From positions 34,348,001 through 34,412,000 of the forward strand of contig OX597828.1 in the NCBI GenBank assembly GCA_951406725.2: DNA of 64,000 nucleotides, read 5' to 3'. A program made the position numbers and the translations under genes. The notes beneath the pieces were generated by a model. It did no database searches. It saw only the letters and a program-made list of their open reading frames with translations, and had not been told where the DNA came from. The stretch comes from Octopus vulgaris. Taxonomy: Eukaryota. Below, piece by piece: positions 13,083-27,189 of the stretch (position 1 is its first letter; every line of letters begins with the position of its first letter).

Positions 13083-14375
13083 TGCCCAACTCCCCAAGTT
13101 TAGAATTTCAAAGCAACCTAGAGGAAATGAAAACAGGTGCAGCAACCGCAGAACGGTGAAGGGGTTTGTTATCTGTTTGATGGTATGCAATTTGCTGTTC
13201 GGGAACATAAAATAAAGCCGGAAAGATTTTAAAGAATGTTGTAGCAGATACACTCAAACGCTAAAGAATGCACCTGCTATATTTAGATGATGAAGCAATA
13301 ATGAACTTGAGACAAAAATGAAGAAAATTTGAAATGCTGTACTTTTGGATGTGATATAATGACTGTTGACGGCTCCACGTTGGGAGATGAGATTTCGTCG
13401 GTTACTTACCCAAGGCACTGAATGTCTCTCAGCATCTCACATTCCAGGGATTGTGCCAAAATGTGATTTGATAGCTGAAAATTGTAATGATAATGTTTGG
13501 AATCAGTTCCCTAGAATACACCTAACAACAAACTGGTAGCTTCCTTTCAGTGAACTAATATCAAGTAGAACTGTATTATTTTTCAGTCCCCTTTAGAATG
13601 GGAGACTTCGGGAAGGAAATAACGAAAAAAAAAGACAAGCAAAAAATAACCAAAATCAAAGTGGGTTGGGTTAGATGCTTTATAGTTCCTAGTTTGGAGT
13701 TATGCCGTGTTGCGTTCTAATTTCAGGTGGGACAGTTTTATCTTCCGTTCACTAGGGGTAGATAAATTTAATAATTTAACACACACCCATGAAAAATTTT
13801 GAATTACATATGTCCTCATTACATTTCGTGTATGAGTGATTTCGATGTATTTTACCTTAATGCTCTTCAGTATGTCTATATCCGTTGATATATCAGACAC
13901 CATATTTTTCGGCAGACAAGTTAACGTAGCATATAGTGAAAAAATGTAGTGCACACATTCAAGCCTCGCCACTATCTTTCCAAATTCTGCTGCTGTTGTT
14001 CACGCAGAAATTTTGGTCCTTCAAAATGTGTGTAAGTCGTTCTATCGTTTAGGCTGAACATTTTGGTCTTCAAAAATTCGATTTGTTCGCCGGAAAAATA
14101 TGGTAGCCTCTTACTTATTCTGAATGCAAGGTTCCTCATAGTAGCTGGGGTTGGGTGGTTGGAACTTTTTTGAATGTATATATGGTGTTCGTGTTTGACT
14201 GTCCGTAGATGTAGTAATTGCTTGTGTTTAAGTCAAATAGTTCCTCTGAGATGTTGGTTATCGCCCACAAATTAAGATTTCGAAGACATCGAATCCAGCC
14301 TCATCAATCTGATAAAAATAGCAAGATTTTGAAATTCCTCTATTTACCCACTTAATGGACTCCGTTTACGAAGCA

Positions 14376-14850
14376 CTAATCTAACCTGCAGTAATAGCCA
14401 GTGGCCCAGCAACAAAATTTGCTTAGGGGGTAAGTTAATTTTTTTAAGTAGTTCCTCTTACTGTCCACACACTTCCATAAGTAGTTGCAGCGACGGATCA
14501 CACTGGTGAAGAAGCTATTCTGTTGGTCAAAATGGTCATCAACAGGAGACAAGACGTCATCATCACAGCGATGCTGGTGCCCAGCTGAGTATTTTCCTAT
14601 GTTAGGAAACAGATGATAACCAGATGGAACCAAATAACTAACATAGGGAGGGTGAGCAACCAGTTCAAAGCCGGTCATGCACAGCAGCCATTAAAACCAA
14701 GGACATGTGTGCTGAAGCATTGTCCTAATGAAATAAAACCCCATTCATCAGTTTTCCTGGTTGTTTGGTCTTGATAGCCTTTCATAACTGCCTTAGCAAG
14801 TTCGCATTGGTCTTTCCATTACTGCAGTGATCATTTTGAAGATAGTCAAT
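14376..14850 (-). mobile_element. Mariner transposase remnant (DDD domain C-terminus)
   Basis: GFELVAHPPYVSYLVPSGYHLFPNI resembles the mariner HPPYSPDLAPSDYHLF motif; upstream DNASAH-like sequence. Confidence 0.8.
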
Positions 14851-15304
14851 AAATACAATATTTTTTGCATTAACGTATAGTGTATATAATAATGTGAAGT
14901 ATATTTTGTATATTAAAACGTTTAATTTTGGAAATATATCAAGCGCAGCGAACTATAAGCAGTAAAAATACAAATTTCAAAATGTGGGACACTACATGAC
15001 GAAACTGACAAAAAGAAAAAAAAAACAGGAAGAAAATAGTGGTGCTTGTGTTCCAAAGGTATAACGAGAAGGTTCAGGAGAAGGATAGAAAGATGGGATA
15101 GAAGGGAAGAAAGATAAAAGGAAAGAAAAGAATGAAAAGTGAAAAGGTAAACTGGGGCTGTGAAGTGAGTGTCTTACCTATGCAGTGGTCAAGTAGAAAA
15201 AAGATGAGTGACAAAAAATTGGATGGTCTTTTGACACACAGAGACACGCACACACATACACACACACACGCACGTACACACAGACATATATATATATATA
15301 TATA

Positions 15305-15535
15305 TATTTCTTTACTGCCCACAAGGGGCTAAACATAGAGGGGACAAACAAGGACAGACAAAGGGATTAAGTCGATTACATCGACCCCAGTGAGTAACTG
15401 GTACTTTATTTATCGACCCCGAAAGGATGAAATGCAAAGTCGACCTCGGCGGAATTTGAACTCAGAACGTAACGGCAGACGAAATACGGCTACGCATTTC
15501 GCCCGGTGTGCTAACGTTTCTGCCAGCTCACCGCC
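15305..15535 (-). mobile_element. tRNA-derived SINE, family A
   Basis: A-box-like TGGCAGAAACGTTAG, B-box-like GAGTTCAAATTCC and central TTTCATCCTTTCGGGGTCGATAAA (resembles the MetaSINE domain from memory); at least five near-identical copies in the window. Confidence 0.9.
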
Positions 15536-15539
15536 TTCG

Positions 15540-15604
<65 letters not shown>

Positions 15605-16039
15605 ACGTATGCACCCACACACGTCACGTGCGGCGCTGGTAAATTAGCAGTTGTTAGAACATCTGGTATATATATTTTAGAATAATCGTTCCGCTGTCTG
15701 TGTTCAAAGTTGAAACCATGCCTAAGTCAACTTTGCGTTGTCTTCTTGCGGTGCCGATAAATAAAGTACCAGTCATTCACTGGCGTCGATTCTTCTCTTT
15801 CTGTAACTCTTTCTGTAACTCTTTTCTTTCTCTCTTTCTTGACGAAATCGACTATGTTGAAACCGTATACTACTACGAAAACGGCCCTACGACTCCATCA
15901 AGGAGTTATGGACCCATGGTAGGGTATGACATATACGCATACGTATATAGCCAAATTAACATACATACATACACACACACACAGCTCTATAAACTTGTAA
16001 TTGTATGTTTGTAGATAGATAAATAGATAGACAGATAGG

Positions 16040-16089
<50 letters not shown>

Positions 16090-16117
16090 TAAAGATAGAT
16101 AGATAAATAGATAGATA

Positions 16118-17442
16118 TGTTTCTTTATTAGCCACACAGGGCTGAACACAGACGGGATAAATTACAAAGTAGAGCTTTTCTTTATGAGGAGAAAAAAAAA
16201 GTGGGGTAGGTTTTCGATCAAAAGGGATCGTAAAAAGAAAAAAAAGGAAAAAAAAGAAAGGAAAAAAGAAAAAAACGACCAATAGGGATCGTGTATTACA
16301 GAAATGTCATGATGTAAAGGGGGAAGCAGATAAGGTTTATCAGTGGAAAGAAAAGCCTACGAAAAAGACCTCGGCAACCTCGGTCATCAATGTCACATGT
16401 TAACACATTTATTTGCAAGTAAGAAACTCTCTGTTTAAAATTTTTCCGGGTTCATAGGATTATGCTTAAGGTGGCTTCGTCATTCATACGTGCCATCCTT
16501 GCTACATTCACCCATCTTTTTTTGAAAAATTCGCTAGACAAAACTTGCCTCTCTACTCTCACTTTCCTTTTCAAGAGATACTTGAAGAAGTTGATGAGAG
16601 ATTAACCAGAGAGGAAAGTGCTTGTCTCTAATCCTTTCAGACGCGTCCACCAGATACATTCTTTCACCATAGCCACAAGTATGATGAAAATAGTTCTTTC
16701 TTCCCGTTTGAAGGAAGGAGGCGTGGCGATATTGACGATAGACTCGGCTGATAAACCGACTCGTCCCACACGTGACAGCAGTCGTTCGACATAAGCCCAC
16801 TAGTCGGAAATGGTTGGACACTGCACGAGTGCGTGCAGAACGGTTTCGTCGCTCTGACCGCATCTCGGGCAGGTCGGCCCCGCGTTTCTCGAGCCGTGTC
16901 TGTAGAGCTTATCCCGAAAGGGTAGCGCTTCTCGGTAGCACTGCCAGGCCAGGGATCTCTGGAAGTTGTCCTGGCCCAAAAGTCGACCTGAACAGGCGGG
17001 TCAGGTATTCCTCGTCGACGTCCAGGTTCGCCCCGAGCTCGTCACCGTACCTCCCCTCCACTAATCCCATATAGAATGCTTTGGTTGTGTTGAAGTCGCT
17101 CAAGGTCGACTCGGGACGGCATAGTTGCTTGAGAGCAACGCGACACTCTCGGTGCCATTCGCCCTTCCTCGGCCTCTTTTTGATCCACGACTGCAGTTCG
17201 GTCAGGGAGACGAGTTGCGGGAAAGCGTGCCTCACAAACGGCGACCACACCTGTTCACCGTCGTCTACGTAGAGCCGGAGATGTTGCAGTCTCAGCGCGT
17301 GTCTGCGCATCATCAACCACGGCATGCTCAGCCCTCCTTTTAACGGGTGTTGACAGCAAATGGATCGCCTGACCATCGGGACGCATCATTTCCACAAGAA
17401 GCGAAAGAGAATGCGTTCTAGTTTGGTGATGGTAGGGTCAGG
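16118..17442 (-). mobile_element. 5'-truncated Tx1/L1-clade LINE (ORF2 C-terminus and 3' UTR) within (GATA)n
   Basis: GC-rich block with ...FRFLWK, RRSICCQHPLKGGLSMP, Cys/His-rich end and AATAAA 3' end; (GATA)n on both sides (16012-16117, 17442-17525). Confidence 0.8.
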
Positions 17443-17586
17443 ATAAATAGATAGATAGATAGACAGATATATAAAGAGATAAATAGATAGATAGAGAGAT
17501 AGACAGATAGATAAATAGATAGATATATTGCTAGTTAGATTGCTCGGTAGATAAACTAAAAGGTATATATATATATATATATATAT

Positions 17587-17632
<46 letters not shown>

Positions 17633-17668
17633 GACTGATAGATAAATTGAGAGATAGATAGACAGGAG

Positions 17669-17700
<32 letters not shown>

Positions 17701-17719
17701 GGCAGACAGACAGACAGAC

Positions 17720-17777
<58 letters not shown>

Positions 17778-17934
17778 ATTGAGAGATAGATAGACTGAAA
17801 GATAGATAGAGAGATAGAAAGATAGAAGGGAGACAGAAAGAGAGTGAGAGAGAGAGGGAAAGAGAAAGTTAGCGTGAGAGAGAGGGAAAGAGAGATATAG
17901 TGTCAGAGAGAGAGAAAGAGAGATAAATAGATGG

Positions 17935-17971
<37 letters not shown>

Positions 17972-18085
17972 CAGAGAGCGAGAGGGAGGGAGAAATTGAC
18001 CTTTCTGAAACAAAAAAAGACTCAAGTTATATTTCCGGCTGACAACCAACATAAACCCACGGTCATATACTATGACAAAGTTCTT

Positions 18086-18126
<41 letters not shown>

Positions 18127-18159
18127 TTCACACACATCCACTCATGAAGATGTACTTCT

Positions 18160-18410
18160 GATTGCTATTGTTTTTGCTTTTGTTGTCTTTTGCTGTTTTT
18201 TTGTTGTATTTTGTTTGTTTTTATTCTTGTTGCCATTGTTGTAGTCTCAGTAACAGTTGCATAACTTTGGTGCTTGTTGTTGTTGTTGTTGTTGCTGTTG
18301 ACGTTGCGTTTATTCTTGTTATTGTTGTTGCTAGTTGTTGTAAATGGTCCTGTTGTTACTGTTGTTGTTGTTGCTATCGCTGTTTGTTGTTATTGTTATT
18401 GTTGCTGTTG

Positions 18411-18442
<32 letters not shown>

Positions 18443-19161
18443 GTTGGTGTTGTTATTATCGACATTATTGCCGCTGGTATTGTTGAAGCCGTTGTGCATG
18501 TTGTTGTTGCTGTTGTTGTAGGTACTGGAGATGTAGAGATTGCCACCACCACCACCACCACCACCACCACCACCTCTAATACCACCACCACCACCACCAC
18601 AACCACCACCACCACCACCACTACCGCCACCACCGCCACCACCGCCACCACCACCGCCGCCGCCGCCGCCACCCTACAGCCACGACTATGACAACGACGA
18701 CCACAACCATCACAACCACTAGTACCACCACCACCGCCACTAACATACCCTCTACCACAACCACAACCATCTCCACCGCTACCACTACCAACAACAACAA
18801 CAACAACAGTAATATCATACAAAGAGAAGATAGCTACAGCAGCCGTAGCAACAACAACGATGACGCCGTGGACGACGACGACATGAAGAAGAACATCAAT
18901 AACAACCACAACAAATTAGAAACATTAGGCAGAGGAACGGCGTAACAATAACAACAACATTAGTAACAACAAGAACAACCAACCAACCAAACTAGCCAAT
19001 CAGCAATTAACTTACCAATCTAGCAAGCAAGAAACCAGCCAATCAGGCAAGCCAGTCAAGCAAGCAAGGAAGCAAGCAAGCAGCCAGTTAGCCAGCCAAC
19101 CACCCAAGCAAGCAAATCACCCAAGCAAGCAAGCAGGCAGCTAGCGAGCAAACCACCCACC

Positions 19162-19196
<35 letters not shown>

Positions 19197-19748
19197 GTAG
19201 CTAGCCAGCCAACCACTAACCCACCCAAGCAAGCAAGCAAGCAGGCTGCTAGCCAGCAAACCACCCACTTAAGCAAGCAAGCAGGTAGCTAGCCAGCCAA
19301 CCACCAACCCAACCAAGCAAGCAGCCAACTAGACAGCCAACGAGCCAGCCAGCCAGCCAGCCAGCCAACGAGCCAGCCAGCCAACTAGCCTACCAGCCAA
19401 GCAAGCAGCCAACTAGCCAACGAACAAACCAAAAGAAACGATTTCCTGCAACTCTACATGTTAATGTAGGAAAACAACCACAACATAAAAAGAAAAAAAA
19501 AGTTGGACAGTAATAATAAATAGCAACAACAGCAGCAACAAGGATTATTGGTATGAAGACGGCAACAACAAGAACAACAACAATAGCAGCCATAACAAAA
19601 GTAATCTTATTAAAAGAACGATGATTCCATTAAGATGATGAAGATAAACTTTATTTTTTCATATTAATATCAGAGTAAAACAAAGAAAAAAAATCCGACC
19701 ACCACCGCCATCACCACCACCATCACAACAACAACCACCACCTTCATC

Positions 19749-19805
<57 letters not shown>

Positions 19806-19824
19806 GTCATCATCATCATCATCG

Positions 19825-19863
<39 letters not shown>

Positions 19864-19900
19864 GTAGCAGAAGTATCATCAACATCATCTTCGTCATTGT
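18160..19900. repeat. Compound simple-repeat field: (GTT)n, (CAC)n, (CAA)n, (AGCA/AGCC)n, (CAT)n
   Basis: Visible directly; gives homopolymeric ORFs in several frames. Confidence 0.9.
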
Positions 19901-20425
19901 TATCTGTTTCCCCTCCTTCAGCTTCCAAACTTCTCGTTTTGCTCTTCATATGTAAGAATTTTTTGATTGAAATGACGCATAGGTTAGCGCGAAGAAACTG
20001 AGTTACCGACTCCGAGTCCAGGAGACTCGTAGAGTCTTTGGTCAAGGCGCTTTACTTCTCCTTACCCCCGTCCACTCAGCTGGTAAAATAATCAGCATTA
20101 AAACTAACGGAGCAGCTGGTCAGCATCAAGTTAGTTGGTCAGAGTGAACCAGTCAAAGGAATGGTCAAAACACCCACAGTAACCAAGGGGGATACGTCCG
20201 GCAGTGAATACTATCCCCTATTTTTACACGTTACCTTGTTATTCCTTATTACACAGACTTAATCAAGAATACGGTCGAAGTATTGTCGATGTTATTTCGA
20301 CCTTGAACAATCTGTCCTGTTCTATTTTTTCTATCTACTCAGACTTTTTTTTTTTGAAGGCAATAAAGCGTGTGGGTTAATGATCAGGGTGTTGTCATCA
20401 CGATTGTAAGATTGTGGTATTGATT

Positions 20426-20647
20426 CTGGCAGAAACGTTAGCACGCCGGATGAAATGCTTAGCGGTATTTCGTCTGTCGTTACGTTGTGAGTTCAAATTC
20501 CGCCGAGGTTGACTTTGCCTTTCATCCTTTCGGGGTCGATAAATTAAGTACCAGTTACGCACTGAGGTCGATGTAATCGACTTAATACCCATGTCTGTCC
20601 TTGTTTGTCCCCTCTATGTTTAGCCCCATGTGGGTAATAAAGAAATA
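20426..20647 (+). mobile_element. SINE family A
   Basis: Near-identical to the reverse complement of 15305-15535. Confidence 0.9.
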
Positions 20648-21009
20648 GGTATTGATTCCTGGCCCGAGCGGTGCATTGTGTTTTGGACCAGAACACTTCC
20701 ATTTCACGCCGCTGAGCTGTTTAATGAGTTCCAGCAATAGCAAGGGAGTAAACTCTGACGTCTCGTTAACCGGGAAAGAGAGCGTAGTGATCTCAGTCTT
20801 GTATAAGCCGACGGAACCAAGCTCAATTTCAGCCTGACGAGTCCTTATGAGTCTTCGGGCTGATGATAGACCTAAGTCCTAAGTAAGCTAAGATTGGAAA
20901 TACATTTATTTGACTGCTATTTCACAAATGCAGGAGCGATTGCAATAAAAAAAAAACTCTTTTGATTCTAAACCACATAATTTGGATAGTTGGGTACTTT
21001 TTAAAATCT

Positions 21010-21206
21010 TTTCCTTGCTTCAGTCATTATACTGCGGCCATGCTGGGGCACAACCTTAAATAATTTTTAGTCGAATGAATCCAGCCGCAGTACGTATCAT
21101 TTTGTTTTTAACCCTGGTAATTATTCTATCGGTCACTTTTGCCGAGCCGCTAAGTTACGGAGATATAAACACAACAACCCCGGTTGTCAAGCAGTGGTAG
21201 TAGGGG

Positions 21207-21268
<62 letters not shown>

Positions 21269-21421
21269 GGCGGGCTTCTTTCAGTCTCCGTCTGCCAAAT
21301 CCCCACAAGGCTTTGGTCGTCCCGAATCTTTAGTAGAAGACACGTGCTTAAGGCGGTAGGCAGTTGGACTGAACTCGGAACCATGTTGTTGAGAAGCAAG
21401 CTTCGTACTACAGCCACACCA
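21010..21421 (-). mobile_element. SINE family B with internal (CA)n(TA)n
   Basis: TTCAGTCATTATACTGCGGCCATGCTGGGGCA tail; GGACTGAACTCGGAACCATG head. Confidence 0.85.
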
Positions 21422-21945
21422 GTACCTAGTTGAGTGAAAAGGGATGTAGTAGGATTTCAGGGTATTTTTTTCCTACAGTGCTTTACCCATATTCATCTTT
21501 ATCGACCCCAGAACGTCTAGTTTGATTTTGGTGGGAGATTTTCTATTTTATTCGTTCAAAAATTTCTTCTCTTCTTGTCCCATTCTTCTACTCCAGCATT
21601 GTTTGAAATGGAAGCACATCTTCATAAATGCTTCGTCTTTAAATTAAGCATATTTTTTCAGTGTCTCAAAACTTCACTGATGATAGGATGCGAAACCGAC
21701 CTCTCAGCTTATTAATAAATAGTATTGCTATTTATAGGAACATGGGTGAAAGTTTTGAATTAAAGAACAGTCGATTATGTTAACTCCAGAAGGATAAATA
21801 GTAAAGCCGACATCAGCAAGATTTGAACTCAGAATGCCAAGGGTCGTAAATAAATATCGCCACTTACTTGCCTGATGCTGTAACAATTCTATCAAACCTA
21901 ATACCAACAATTTTGTTTTTCTTTTGTCTCAATTTTCCAAAGTTA

Positions 21946-22500
21946 CGAGGGTGAGTCAAAAAGTAATGCCATTTTGTTTAGGACTGGTACATAATTATCA
22001 ACACAGGAACATGAATCATACATCAAAATGAAGCTTATTATGAGTTTATTGTTTTTCCTTTTGGCAAGAAATCGACCAGAATGACACCTTGAGCATCCCA
22101 AAAGACAGTCGCCATAACTTTTCCAACTGACTTTTGCGTCTTGAACTTTTTCGGTGGTGGTGACGTAGAGTGGTGCCATTTCATTGACTGCCTCTTTGAT
22201 TCCGGTTCATAATGATGAAAGCAAATGTTTTATCATCCGTTACGAGCCTTCGAAAGCTGGTGTTGTCTCTGACTTTAGTGAAAAAGTGGCTCAAAGAACA
22301 GTCAACAGAATTTTACGGGGCAGAGATACATGCTCTCATTCGAAGGTGGAACATTGCTATTGAGAGAAACGGTGACTATGTTGAGATGTAGGGATGTGAT
22401 CCACAAAGGACCAGCTTCATTTTGAGGTATGATACATGTTCCTGTGATGGTAATTATACCTGTCCTAAACAAAATGGCATTACTTTTTGATTCACCCTCG
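21946..22500. mobile_element. Mariner-type non-autonomous element with about 90-bp TIRs and TA target duplication
   Basis: TA|CGAGGGTGAGTCAAAAAGTAATGCCATTTTGTTTAGGAC ... GTCCTAAACAAAATGGCATTACTTTTTGATTCACCCTCG|TA. Confidence 0.92.
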
Positions 22501-22923
22501 TATTTTCCGGTTTCGTTTCATCCAGTTTCCTTCACTGTTAAAGACCTCACCCAGACAGAGAAGGTAGCGAACACGACAGAGAATAAATATCATGTTGACA
22601 TTTTGGGTTATGTTTGTTTTCATTCGTTATGTAGGTAGATGGTTTTCAAACCATTTAGCATGTAGTCATAGTCAGCGATATAGCTTGCAGAAGGCCTTGT
22701 TCGTGAAAAGTTGTGAAAAATCACAACGATGACAAAACGTCGATGTCTGTCGCTCCGAAAGGGACCTGGTGTGAGTTGTCTCGCTTGTCTATGACTTACT
22801 TTCAGGTGTTTTTAACACTAGGCGCATTGAGAATATATTCTCTTACGCCTAAAAAACGCAGCCGACCCGCGAACTAACCCCCCCCCCCACACACACATTG
22901 TGTATGTGTATTCGATTTTGTTT

Positions 22924-22993
<70 letters not shown>

Positions 22994-24653
22994 TGATAGA
23001 TGAATAAATAGATAGATGGATAGATAGCTAAGTGTATGGAGGAATAGATACATAGACAGGCAGATAAATATGTGTGTAGATAAATGGATAAAAAGATACA
23101 TATTTAGATAGGTGAATGGATGACGAGATACGTTGATTGACAGACAAATGCATAAATAGGGAGTTAGATAGAAAGATAGGTAAACAGATACATAAATGGA
23201 TAGAGGGACAGTCAAATAGCGAACTGGATAGATCTTTAGATAGGTAGATAGATGGACAGGTGAATATGTAGGTAGATGAACGGGCAGACATGTAAGTAGA
23301 TAAACGGGCAAAAAGATAGATGTATGAATGAATGGATTAATATGTTGCTAGATTGACAGACATAGGTACAGATAGATAGATAGAGAGGAAGGTAGATGGA
23401 TAGATGTATGGATAGTTGGCTAGCTAGGTGGATAGCTAACTAACAAGCTAAATAAATATGTCTGCTATATGTTGCTACTTCTGTATCATGGACAGTGCGA
23501 CATTTGCAGTATTGTAGAAGCAAAAGATAAGATGTATGCGTGCGTGTGTGTGTGTGTGTCTGTGTATATATATATGTGTGTGTGTGTGTCTGTGTATATA
23601 TGTGTGTGTGTGTAGTAGTGGAGTGATGAATTAAGATATCTCGAAATTTTAGGCTATACTATCTGAGGGGAGGATGTGACACCTGTTATATGGTTAGCAT
23701 GTCACTGAGTTACATAAACACACACACACACACACACACACACACGTACACACATACACACACACATACACACACACCTGCCACTAGAGCTATGATTAAG
23801 ATCCTATGCGAGTCAATGTTGTTCTTGGTGTTTAGCCCCAGGTCATCTCTGACCAAGTAGACTTACGACATCCAGCGTTCTGACAATGTTCCATTCGACA
23901 TTTCGTATTCTGATAGACTTTAGAACTACATAAACAGGATTATAATATCCATCCATCAATCCATCCGTTTTTCCCCACCGAAAACTTACTAGGAAGGTAA
24001 CGGGGGCAGATTCTTCAAGTAAGGTCTAATCAGAAATAATCGCCATTAGACTTTCCGGCTGATTTACAAGGAGTGACCAATTGATACTATGGCTCTATTC
24101 GACCACATCGTTTTTCGTTTAACTCTACGTTTTCTGCCGGTTAGCTTGGATCCCAGAATCTCTCTTGCGATTATCTCCTACGACGTTCTAATCACATGCA
24201 CCAGAATTTTGACCTTTCAACGCGGCTTTACCAGGTGACACTCTTTGACCTTTGCCCTCTTTGCATCTTCTCTAGTAATGTTACTTCTGAAATTTGTCCG
24301 AGGACTTGCATTTCAGCCGCTTTTTGCGATCGTACACTATAAGATCTAATTCGAGAAAGATTTGTATGTTATTTAGCGTAGATCGGTTGACCAAAGACAG
24401 ATATGACACAATCTCTGACCGCTCTGCTTCTGTCTCTCTTTTATATTCTTGTGTCACTGTTAAGAGACCATTGTTTTTGATTCGAGAAAAGTCCACGCAA
24501 CATTCACATTTCCATCCGTAACATTTACATGTAGCAAACAGTTCCAAGTTATTTAGGAAAAATAAAATCGTTTCAGATTTTATTATTTTTCTCTATTCCT
24601 AACAGTTTTCAAATCCCTCTCTCTCTCTATTTCTTTCTCTTCCCCTTTTCTCT

Positions 24654-24693
<40 letters not shown>

Positions 24694-24924
24694 CCCCCAC
24701 TCTCTCTCTCAGTCAACAGCAATTTTTCTCTTAACTGAAATGGAAAAGAACGGAAGTTACCAAATCTCATGGTGGCTGGAAGCAAATGTCAAAGAAGTCA
24801 TGTTGATTTGTCACACACTTTATCTCTCTTCCTCTCTACTGCGCGCGCACGTGCACACACACACACACACACGTATACATATATACATACGTATACATAT
24901 AAATATGTTATATACACATACACA

Positions 24925-24973
<49 letters not shown>

Positions 24974-25218
24974 ATATGTACATATGTGTACTTGTGTATC
25001 TTATAATATGTATAAATGAGTGTATATTCTTTCTTTCATTCCTATATATATATGTGTGGGAAGTGGGGTGTGTGTGCTTTACTTTTTGTTTATTTCACAT
25101 TCTTCTAATATTATTAATATTTTATTAATATTATTAAGATCTAACAATGTAGAAGAAAGGAAATGGTTTCCATTATTTATCATTTTTCTGGTCCATAAAA
25201 TATATATATGCATATATG

Positions 25219-25303
<85 letters not shown>

Positions 25304-25312
25304 GTATATGTG

Positions 25313-25370
<58 letters not shown>

Positions 25371-25395
25371 CATACATATACATACATACACACAA

Positions 25396-25429
<34 letters not shown>

Positions 25430-26272
25430 ATATATAACATTGATATATGACAGTGTGACGGCATCGATACCAAAATGTCTTCAATTGTTGTCGATCAAAA
25501 TGTTAAATAAATTACATAACAGAAATAAAATAAAGAAAATGAAGAAAAAGTAAAACTACTGAGATTTTCCAATCTAAATGATGTCTTTTTTTGTTTTTTG
25601 TTAAGAGTTGAACAAAATGGCAGAAAACACAAAACAACATCTACAACAACAGCAACATCCATAAAAAGAACAAACAAACAAAATAAGGATAGAAAAATAT
25701 TCCGATAAAAATAAAGATAACAAATGAGCATCAATTGATTCTTACAATAAAACTACAAGCTGCGACAGAAGAATTTTCTCGAAAATTTTTTAGATATTTT
25801 TAATATTTAATAAGCAAAATCATTGGGTTTTAAATATCAAAAACAAATTTTAAAAAGACCCATCAATGAGACACGAATGAAGGAAGCAAATCTAATTCCT
25901 GTTTCTGGCTTGCTTTATAAAATTATATGAGAAATAACTGATGTTTAGAAGTTTCCACATTAGCCGCATGTATTTCGTTTAATTTTGGGTTTGTTTGAAT
26001 GTTTTAAAGCTTTGTTTTTATGTAATTACCATTTGCCGTGTGCTTAAATCGCCCGGTTCGAGATAATATTTAAAAGTAAAGGTCTTAAGTTTGAATTTAC
26101 ACATCACGGATGATTTTTATGCAAGGTCACTAACCTTTATATTTTTCACAACAATGGTGGTTGTGGAAACCTGTTGTTATCGTTGTTGCCGGTTTATTTA
26201 TTCCTCAGGTTAAACCTTTGTTGATCAGGTTTAAGTCGAAGGCGTTTGAGTTCTGATCATCTCGTCTTCATA

Positions 26273-26332
<60 letters not shown>

Positions 26333-26407
26333 GCCGTGATAGATCGGTAGCCACTACACACATTTTTCTCTCTCTCCTTGTTTCTCTCCTTATTTCTTTC
26401 TGTGTTC

Positions 26408-26443
26408 CTTTCTGTGGAAGAGCGTAGGCTCGAAACGTAAAAG
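26408..26443 (+). ncRNA. Hammerhead-like motif, non-canonical core
   Basis: CTTT CTGTGGA A GAGC GTAG GCTC GAAA CG TA AAAG: stems I and II, GAAA and GUA are in place, but the core is CUGUGGA. Confidence 0.45.
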
Positions 26444-26532
26444 ACTTCTTTCAATTCCTGAGCGTTATACTAATACATCTGTTTGTTTTCTACACCACCT
26501 GTCCTTGTCTTTTGTTTTTTTTCGTGAATTCT

Positions 26533-26573
<41 letters not shown>

Positions 26574-26737
26574 ATGGAAACATTATACAAAAATGCATAA
26601 TTAGATAAGGAGTAAAGCACCAGCACAGTCTAGGCTACCTGTTGTTATCCATAGATTTACTTCAGGAACTTCGCAGTGACAGTTAGGGTAACAGTATTAA
26701 TAACGTAGGAGAGGGTATGTGTATAAGACTTTATTAA

Positions 26738-26780
26738 ATACAACACGTTTCGACCCCTCGTTCTGGATCTCTTCGGGTAC
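26738..26780 (-). ncRNA. Hammerhead-like motif (CCGAAGA core) in fold-back 26693-26961
   Basis: Minus strand: GTAC CCGAAGA GATCC AGAACGAG GGGTC GAAA CGTG TT GTAT; the opposite arm keeps GGGTCGAAACATGTGTTGTAC. Confidence 0.55.
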
Positions 26781-27189
26781 ATCAATAAAAATTCTCACTA
26801 GAGATTTCTTGTGTCGGCTTGCTTGCTGCTATATGTCCATGAAATTGGAGAAAGAATAAAGCAAAGAAAAATCTAGCAGCAAGCCGACACAAGAAACGAT
26901 GGGTCGAAACATGTGTTGTACTTAATAAGAGTCTAATACACATACCCTACTTTATTAATACTATATATATATATATATTAGGGTTCACGATCGTGAACAT
27001 TGGTAACATGGAAAGACCTTCGCTCAGATGACTGTATATGAGGAGAAATTCTTATTATAGACCGTTTATAGACCATGTGGTGAGTGAAAACACACCGAGG
27101 TTATCCATGAATGACGTCGACGTATTAAATGACACTGTCCTTTTGTTGGAATGTACTTAGGTTTGTCAGGCTGAGATAAATTGATTAAT

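Noticed and set aside
19659-20045. Acidic poly-D ORF
   Set aside because: (CAT)n microsatellite joined to what looks like a decayed SINE; non-ATG start and no domain
20830-20870. CTGACGA GTCC...GGGC TGATGA
   Set aside because: Simple hairpin CAGCCTGA/TCGGGCTG; no GAAA or cleavage triplet
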